Source of the DNA: Oligoflexales bacterium
GTDB taxonomy: Bacteria; Bdellovibrionota_B; Oligoflexia; Oligoflexales; Bog-1112
Assembly: GCA_045106415.1 (NCBI GenBank)
Contig: JBGCEP010000010.1
Location: 32,001-96,000 of the forward strand
Length of the DNA: 64,000 bases
Reading direction: 5' to 3'
Position numbers and translations under genes: made by a program. A model generated the notes under the pieces. The model was not told the DNA's origin. It saw only the letters and a program-made list of their open reading frames with translations, and made no database searches. This document shows positions 58,995 to 64,000 of the stretch, one piece after another; position 1 is the first letter of the stretch; every line of letters begins with the position of its first letter.

Positions 58995-59591
58995 ATGCTG
59001 TTCTGTAGAAGTTTGTTGATGTTTCTCTCTGTTTTTACCACAACTTTTGCGTTGGGTTCCGAGGCTCTTTACAATTATGATAGCCTGATCTACCGATATA
59101 ATTGTGTGAGTTGTCACGGTAAGGACGGTCATTTCCCAACTGTTCCGGGTTACCCTAGGATAGGTGGGCTTTCCCAAGGGTATCTTAAACAGCAGTTACA
59201 AGACTTTCGTTCAGGAAAGCGAGTGAACTCTCGTGGTAAAACGATGCATGATCTTGCCAGGGCATTCTCAGATGATGTGATTGAAGCTTTGTCAACTGAA
59301 ATTTCAGCTTATACGCTCCCGGCTGTTAAGAGTGTCCCTGAGCATCCAGGCAAGAAATTGTATGCAGAAAAAGGCTGTATCGCATGCCATGGTATGGATG
59401 GTTCTCAGCCCATTGCTTCTTTCTACCCTGCAATTGCTGGGCAGCATCGAGATTATTTATACACTCAATCTACAGATATCAAATACAAAAGACGAACAGG
59501 GGGTCAAGCGGTGGCAATGGCAGCTATTATTGCAGCTGTGCCAGATGAAGACCTTAAAGTGATTTCAGAATGGTTGGAATCTGTTCGTTAA
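58995..59591 (+). CDS. Dihaem cytochrome c4-like protein
   Basis: CVSCH and CIACH, YP.I.G...YL..Q. Confidence 0.9.
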   Translation: MLFCRSLLMFLSVFTTTFALGSEALYNYDSLIYRYNCVSCHGKDGHFPTVPGYPRIGGLSQGYLKQQLQDFRSGKRVNSRGKTMHDLARAFSDDVIEALSTEISAYTLPAVKSVPEHPGKKLYAEKGCIACHGMDGSQPIASFYPAIAGQHRDYLYTQSTDIKYKRRTGGQAVAMAAIIAAVPDEDLKVISEWLESVR

Positions 59592-59610
59592 AAAAATAAG
59601 TATTTCTTTG

Positions 59611-59643
59611 AAAAAACCGCGATGTTATTCGCGGTTTTTTTTT
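59611..59643 (+). terminator. Intrinsic terminator of the cox-c4 operon
   Basis: AAAAAACCGCGA-tgttat-TCGCGGTTTTTT plus a T-run. Confidence 0.88.
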
Positions 59644-59756
59644 ATACTTGAAAAGATAGAAAAGCCTCGTTAGAGTTTCACTTCTTTTGTGGTAAGCACT
59701 GCTTATAAAAGTTTTTTAGTCGTATCACTTGATGGTATGTCTGAAGAGGCGTTTTT

Positions 59757-61310
59757 ATGACAAACTTTAAAATTTTTACTTTTTGTTTTTTGGCAATGTC
59801 TGCACAGATTGTTGTGAGCCAAGATTACTGCATTGCTGTGCGTGGAAATGCAGATCGTGCTTTGGCTCATTACGGAGCACTTGGGCGAGCGATAGAGAAT
59901 TTTGGAGTTCCTAGTCAAATGGCAGGGTCAAGTTCTGCATCTTTGGCTATGCTTGTGGTTGAGAGTGCTATGATTAACCCAGCGACTCATCACTGTTACG
60001 GACGGCGTTGTACTGAAGAAGAACGTCGGATGAGAGTTGCTTTTCTTGTGAAGTCCGTGCCGTGGTTGATGGAGGATTTTTGGGACTCTCAAGCAGGTTT
60101 TCATGCAAAACAAGCTCAGGCTTACGCTGTAAAACATAAGCATTCTTCGAACGTTTGGGGACAGTTTCAGATGTTTAGGCATGTGCGAGAAATTTTTAGA
60201 TCTCCTCTTTTTAAAGGTGTTTTAAATGCAGAATGGTTTAAAGTTAAACATTTTTGGCATCACCCCCAAAGACATATTCGAGAATTGTTTCGCGGTTTAG
60301 AAAAGCTTGATGATTTTGAAATTTGGGATCAAAGTGTTTTTGTTCGCCCTGGGCTCATCCATTGGGGTAAGGTTCTTCAAAATCTGAGTTCATATATGGA
60401 TTTTATTGCTGGTTACGATATGGATGAGAGCCAAAAACTTAAAGCGCAAGAAGCAATTTCTTTTTGTGCTGAGAATTCTTTTGGGCGTCATTGGTATGAA
60501 TTGAGCCAAAAAAGATTAGACGAGGAGCATACCTGTAGAGACCTTTGGGCTAATCTCTGGGAAGATTGGAATCAGAAATCATGTCCAAATCACCATAGCC
60601 GTCTTGACGATAAGGTTGGAGATTTTTTACCTTCTTATGTTGGTGTCGGTTTTCTTCCTGGTTATAAACAAGTCCGAAATTTTAAAAAGTCATTTCATCG
60701 TTTTAAACGTGGTAAGCCATATCTTTTTGATGCTCGTTTTGAAAATTTACAGGTTGGCTATTGGGGAGAAGAGTCACGGTTGCAAAAAATTATGCGGAAC
60801 CCGATGGGATTTGATGACCCTAAAACAAAACGATTTTACTCCTTAGGGCAGTCCTCGTGGAGAGAAGCAGCTGTGCGTAGTATGAGTGAACCAGGCCTCG
60901 CTCAAGCGATGCCTCTTGGGCGAAGAGGCTTAACGATTGGCGGTTGGGCAGAAATGGAACCTGTACAAGTTTTGCGAAATGCAGGATGTGAAAAAGTTTT
61001 GTTTCTGACTCGCGAGGGCGCAGAATCTCCAGGGGCAATAGCGATCGCGGGTGTTTTAGGTATGACAGATACTGAAAAAAAAGATTGGTTTTCTCTTAAT
61101 CAGAATAGTGTGATGACAAAAGCCCTAGAGTTATCTGACGCTGTATGGTGTGCCAATTGGGAAAAAGAGTATGAGTATCCAAAGGAGCTCTATGAAGACG
61201 CTTGGTCTTCCCCGATTTTTTTCAATGGCTTGTTGCAGCCAAAGGACTCGAGATTAATCTCAAGTGAGAAACCTATTTGTGGGTGTGTTCCTTTTTATAA
61301 GCCATCTTAA
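59757..61310 (+). CDS. Secreted divergent patatin-like protein
   Basis: IAVRGNADRALAHYGAL, MAGSSSAS, S.SEPG, TIGGWAE..PV..L...GC.KV. Confidence 0.55.
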   Translation: MTNFKIFTFCFLAMSAQIVVSQDYCIAVRGNADRALAHYGALGRAIENFGVPSQMAGSSSASLAMLVVESAMINPATHHCYGRRCTEEERRMRVAFLVKSVPWLMEDFWDSQAGFHAKQAQAYAVKHKHSSNVWGQFQMFRHVREIFRSPLFKGVLNAEWFKVKHFWHHPQRHIRELFRGLEKLDDFEIWDQSVFVRPGLIHWGKVLQNLSSYMDFIAGYDMDESQKLKAQEAISFCAENSFGRHWYELSQKRLDEEHTCRDLWANLWEDWNQKSCPNHHSRLDDKVGDFLPSYVGVGFLPGYKQVRNFKKSFHRFKRGKPYLFDARFENLQVGYWGEESRLQKIMRNPMGFDDPKTKRFYSLGQSSWREAAVRSMSEPGLAQAMPLGRRGLTIGGWAEMEPVQVLRNAGCEKVLFLTREGAESPGAIAIAGVLGMTDTEKKDWFSLNQNSVMTKALELSDAVWCANWEKEYEYPKELYEDAWSSPIFFNGLLQPKDSRLISSEKPICGCVPFYKPS

Positions 61311-62494
61311 CTGATGACCCATGCCCAGAACTGTTGCCATTCATACCAGAGTGTTGTCCCGAAAATAAGGGTGAGGATACTTAGTCCTATTTTGATCGGT
61401 AGAGGCATGTTTTTAGCTTTACGGTATAAAACAACAGTCATAAGAATTGGGATGAAGCCGTTGAGTATAGAGTCTCCAATTCCACCTGTTGTATCTAAGG
61501 CGATGACAAAGGCTCTTTTGTGGACTGTAGCGAAATAAAAGCATGGAAGAGAGATTCCAAGTCCAATAGAAATTCTTTGTCGAATTGTTGGTGTTTTGAT
61601 TTCAAAGTGATCTACGAGAAAATCAAATAAACCAAGACCAATACCGAGAAAGCTTGTAATGAGACCGAGGAAACCAAAAGTACTCGCAGTCCAATGAATC
61701 CATTGTAAGTTTTCGTTTTGTCCTAAAAATTCAGTAGCGACGGACCCGTTTTCCCAAGCTTGTCTAAGGATTTCAGGAGGCATTAGGCCAAGAACAAAGA
61801 TTTGCCAAATTACATAAATAACAAGTGCTATGGTTGTGCCTAAAACAACAGCTGTATTTAGAGATTTTCTATCGTAATTTAATAAAGGAGGTAAACTAGG
61901 AACCATGGTTTGAAAGCTAAAAGCTGTGAGTAAAAGAGGCATGGCCTCAGTGAGTCCACTCCATTGTGAGTACTCAAAGTGTTCGACTTGAATAGCACCT
62001 ATGCCTGAAAAAATAAGAGCAATCCAAGCCATAATCATAAGAATAAATAAAATATCGTTTAAACGTGTGAGTCGGTGTGCTCCACTTGAAATAAGAGGCC
62101 CGAAAAAAAGTAAGAATAGACCAGCTCCGATAAGGGAGTTTTCTTGGAGGGTGCTTGGAAGCAAGTTCTGTAATTGTGAACCCCCAGCAGCTGTGTAAGC
62201 GACAAGAGAGGCGTAGCCAATAAATAGATATAAGGCTCGAGCAATCCAAGCCCCCTTTGATCCTAGCCAATACTCGACAAGAGAAATCATATGGCCTTCT
62301 CGAACAGGCATTGCGAGGGTGGCTTGAATAAACAGAAGTGCTGTGGCTGTCATGGCGAGCCATGCTGTAACCATAACAAAAAGAGAGGGATAGAGCCCGA
62401 TATTCCAAGCAGCAAGAGGCATGGCTAACATACCTCCTCCCATGCATGTGCCGGCGATAAGAAAGGCAGCTGATATCGTAGAACCAATGTTCAT
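61307..62494 (-). CDS. Aromatic amino acid permease (TyrP/Mtr, HAAAP family)
   Basis: LIAGTCMGGGMLAMP, AFSFQ..VPS, TSFLG..LGL.DF. Confidence 0.88.
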   Translation of the reverse strand: MNIGSTISAAFLIAGTCMGGGMLAMPLAAWNIGLYPSLFVMVTAWLAMTATALLFIQATLAMPVREGHMISLVEYWLGSKGAWIARALYLFIGYASLVAYTAAGGSQLQNLLPSTLQENSLIGAGLFLLFFGPLISSGAHRLTRLNDILFILMIMAWIALIFSGIGAIQVEHFEYSQWSGLTEAMPLLLTAFSFQTMVPSLPPLLNYDRKSLNTAVVLGTTIALVIYVIWQIFVLGLMPPEILRQAWENGSVATEFLGQNENLQWIHWTASTFGFLGLITSFLGIGLGLFDFLVDHFEIKTPTIRQRISIGLGISLPCFYFATVHKRAFVIALDTTGGIGDSILNGFIPILMTVVLYRKAKNMPLPIKIGLSILTLIFGTTLWYEWQQFWAWVIS

Positions 62495-62647
62495 AAAGAC
62501 TCCGAGTTGGTGGGCTCAAAAAAGGTGACTGAGCATGTCAGAGGTTTTTAAAGAACCGCTGATGTTTGTTCTAGTTACCGCAACTCTCTAGCACAATCAA
62601 CCAAAGTCTGCTACAAACTGTTATCGGTGTGAAATGAGGTTGTCCGA

Positions 62648-63442
62648 TTGGTTGACTTTTTAGAACAAAAAATCTGGTTTTTTCTCCTGATTATGTCTTG
62701 TGTGGTTGTGGTTACAGCCGCTTGTCATAGGCAGAGTGCTCTTGATGATTTGAATGATGTTCAAATTTTTAAAAACTCTGTAGAACTGACGACAGATATG
62801 GGTCAATCGAGCCTTAGTGACGATGTTTGTTTTGAAGAGACAAGCTGGAGCTTCTGGGAAGAAACTCACCTCCAAGGACTTAGTCCGTTATTACAAGCTT
62901 TAGAAACGCAGACAAGAGATGATCTGATTCGTGAAGCCAGGCGCTATGGACGTAAAAATCGCGGTAAAGGCCGTTGCCTTCGAGGGTTTCGTCATGCTTT
63001 AAGTCGAGTGATGAAAGTGAGGCCTTTTTACTCTTTTCATCAGCTTCCTCAGGACTTAGGGAATCCACCTCTACGTTGGAAAGAAAGTCCAGGTAAATCA
63101 GCTGACTTGTTTTTAAAATGGGCAAAGAAAAATCCTGTAAGTTTGTGTCGAAACTTAGGATTGGCAGACGTAACAACTTTAGTTGATGGTCACTTGAGCC
63201 CAGGCCAAGTGGCATTGTATCAGCGGGGACGTTGTGGGTATCATCGTCTTCATGGTCATATTGAAGTGATGGTTTCAGAAAACGAAATGTGTTCTGATCA
63301 CTGCAGGACTGTGAAAAAAGGTCGAGTCTGTCACCCGGACATGGTTCTTGCGCCTGTTAAGGATTGTTCATGGCTTTTGTTAAAAGATTCCCTTGTTTCA
63401 AGTTATAATTCAGCGGGCTCTGCATCTCCACAGTTGATGTGA
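62648..63442 (+). CDS. Hypothetical lipoprotein with a CHAP/NlpC-like Cys-His signature
   Basis: VTAA-C lipobox, G.C..G.R.AL, PGQVALY, HGHIEV...SD. Confidence 0.55.
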   Translation: MVDFLEQKIWFFLLIMSCVVVVTAACHRQSALDDLNDVQIFKNSVELTTDMGQSSLSDDVCFEETSWSFWEETHLQGLSPLLQALETQTRDDLIREARRYGRKNRGKGRCLRGFRHALSRVMKVRPFYSFHQLPQDLGNPPLRWKESPGKSADLFLKWAKKNPVSLCRNLGLADVTTLVDGHLSPGQVALYQRGRCGYHRLHGHIEVMVSENEMCSDHCRTVKKGRVCHPDMVLAPVKDCSWLLLKDSLVSSYNSAGSASPQLM

Positions 63443-63825
63443 GATGAAGGTAGCAAGCTAAAATTTGATTCTTTAAAGCCTCTTCTTATAAATAGATAAA
63501 GACAAAATGCCTTCCTTCAAGAATAGACTTCCTATGGACTGATCTATAAAAATATGGTGATGTTTATTGATGTGGGAGCAGTCTACATATAAAATTCAGA
63601 TGATGTAAGATGATACAGTATTTTCCATCTTTAGATTGAATTGAAGGTGGTTATGGATCTTGCGTAGTCTCGTTTTTATCATATTACTGTGCTTGATGTG
63701 TCATTTAAAAACGTGCTGAAATGGTTTCTGAAAGAAAGTGTTTGTTGTCTTGTTTTTGTATCTAAGATGAAAAGTGATTCACAGCTTGTATGAAACAGAC
63801 TGTTAACTGTGTTGAATAAAGGAAA

Positions 63826-64000
63826 ATGAGAATGAATTCATATGTGTCAGCCTTAACTGGAGGCTTTATAATTGGATTTTCTGCATCGCTGTTCCTTCTT
63901 TTTAAAGGTAGGGTTTTTGGTGTTTCAGGAATTATAGGAGGAATCGTAAGGCCTGTGTCAGAAGATGTGCTTTGGCGTGTCGTGATTTTATTAGGGCTGA
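63826..64000 (+). CDS. YeeE/YedE family (thiosulfate transporter-like) protein, 3' truncated
   Basis: Manual translation: MRMNSYVSALTGGFIIGFSASLFLLFKGRVFGVSGIIGG...WR. Confidence 0.85.
   Translation, partial: MRMNSYVSALTGGFIIGFSASLFLLFKGRVFGVSGIIGGIVRPVSEDVLWRVVILLGL

Noticed and set aside
63443..63825. Long intergenic gap as ncRNA or pseudogene
   Set aside because: It is AT-rich with only weak imperfect stems and no recognisable translated remnant.
1..64000. CRISPR arrays, tRNA/rRNA genes, intact prophage or integrase
   Set aside because: No regularly spaced repeats, cloverleaf signatures or phage structural genes were seen by eye.

Overview
This is a gene-dense bacterial chromosomal segment with about 56 CDS. 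I saw no rRNA, tRNA or CRISPR array. The mix of secreted lipoproteins and hydrolases, a long PBP1A, a DnaC-like ATPase and an RRM protein looks like Bdellovibrionota/Oligoflexia or a related delta-type lineage; this is inference only. Housekeeping genes include glpX, tkt, cca, cutA, an RppH-like NUDIX, mtnC, HtrA, PBP1A, a lipid A acyltransferase and an A1-type cytochrome c oxidase operon with cytochrome c4. The main points of interest are: (1) two divergent NTT/Tlc nucleotide transporters, a TyrP-type permease and a signal-peptide F-box protein, together suggesting dependence on a eukaryotic host or prey; (2) a DUF2760 + Hsp70 + Hsp70-DUF3731 operon whose first gene looks like a membrane-anchored GrpE-like factor; (3) an AT-rich block with a Ser/Thr-kinase/AAA/GAF/His-kinase hybrid divergent from an uncharacterised three-gene enzyme cassette (twin lycopene-cyclase-domain membrane protein, acetoacetate-decarboxylase-like protein, flavin oxidoreductase); (4) an unannotated chimeric IS1634/IS5 transposase remnant at about 30.1-30.6 kb. 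All family calls come from motif recognition by eye; no database search was run.
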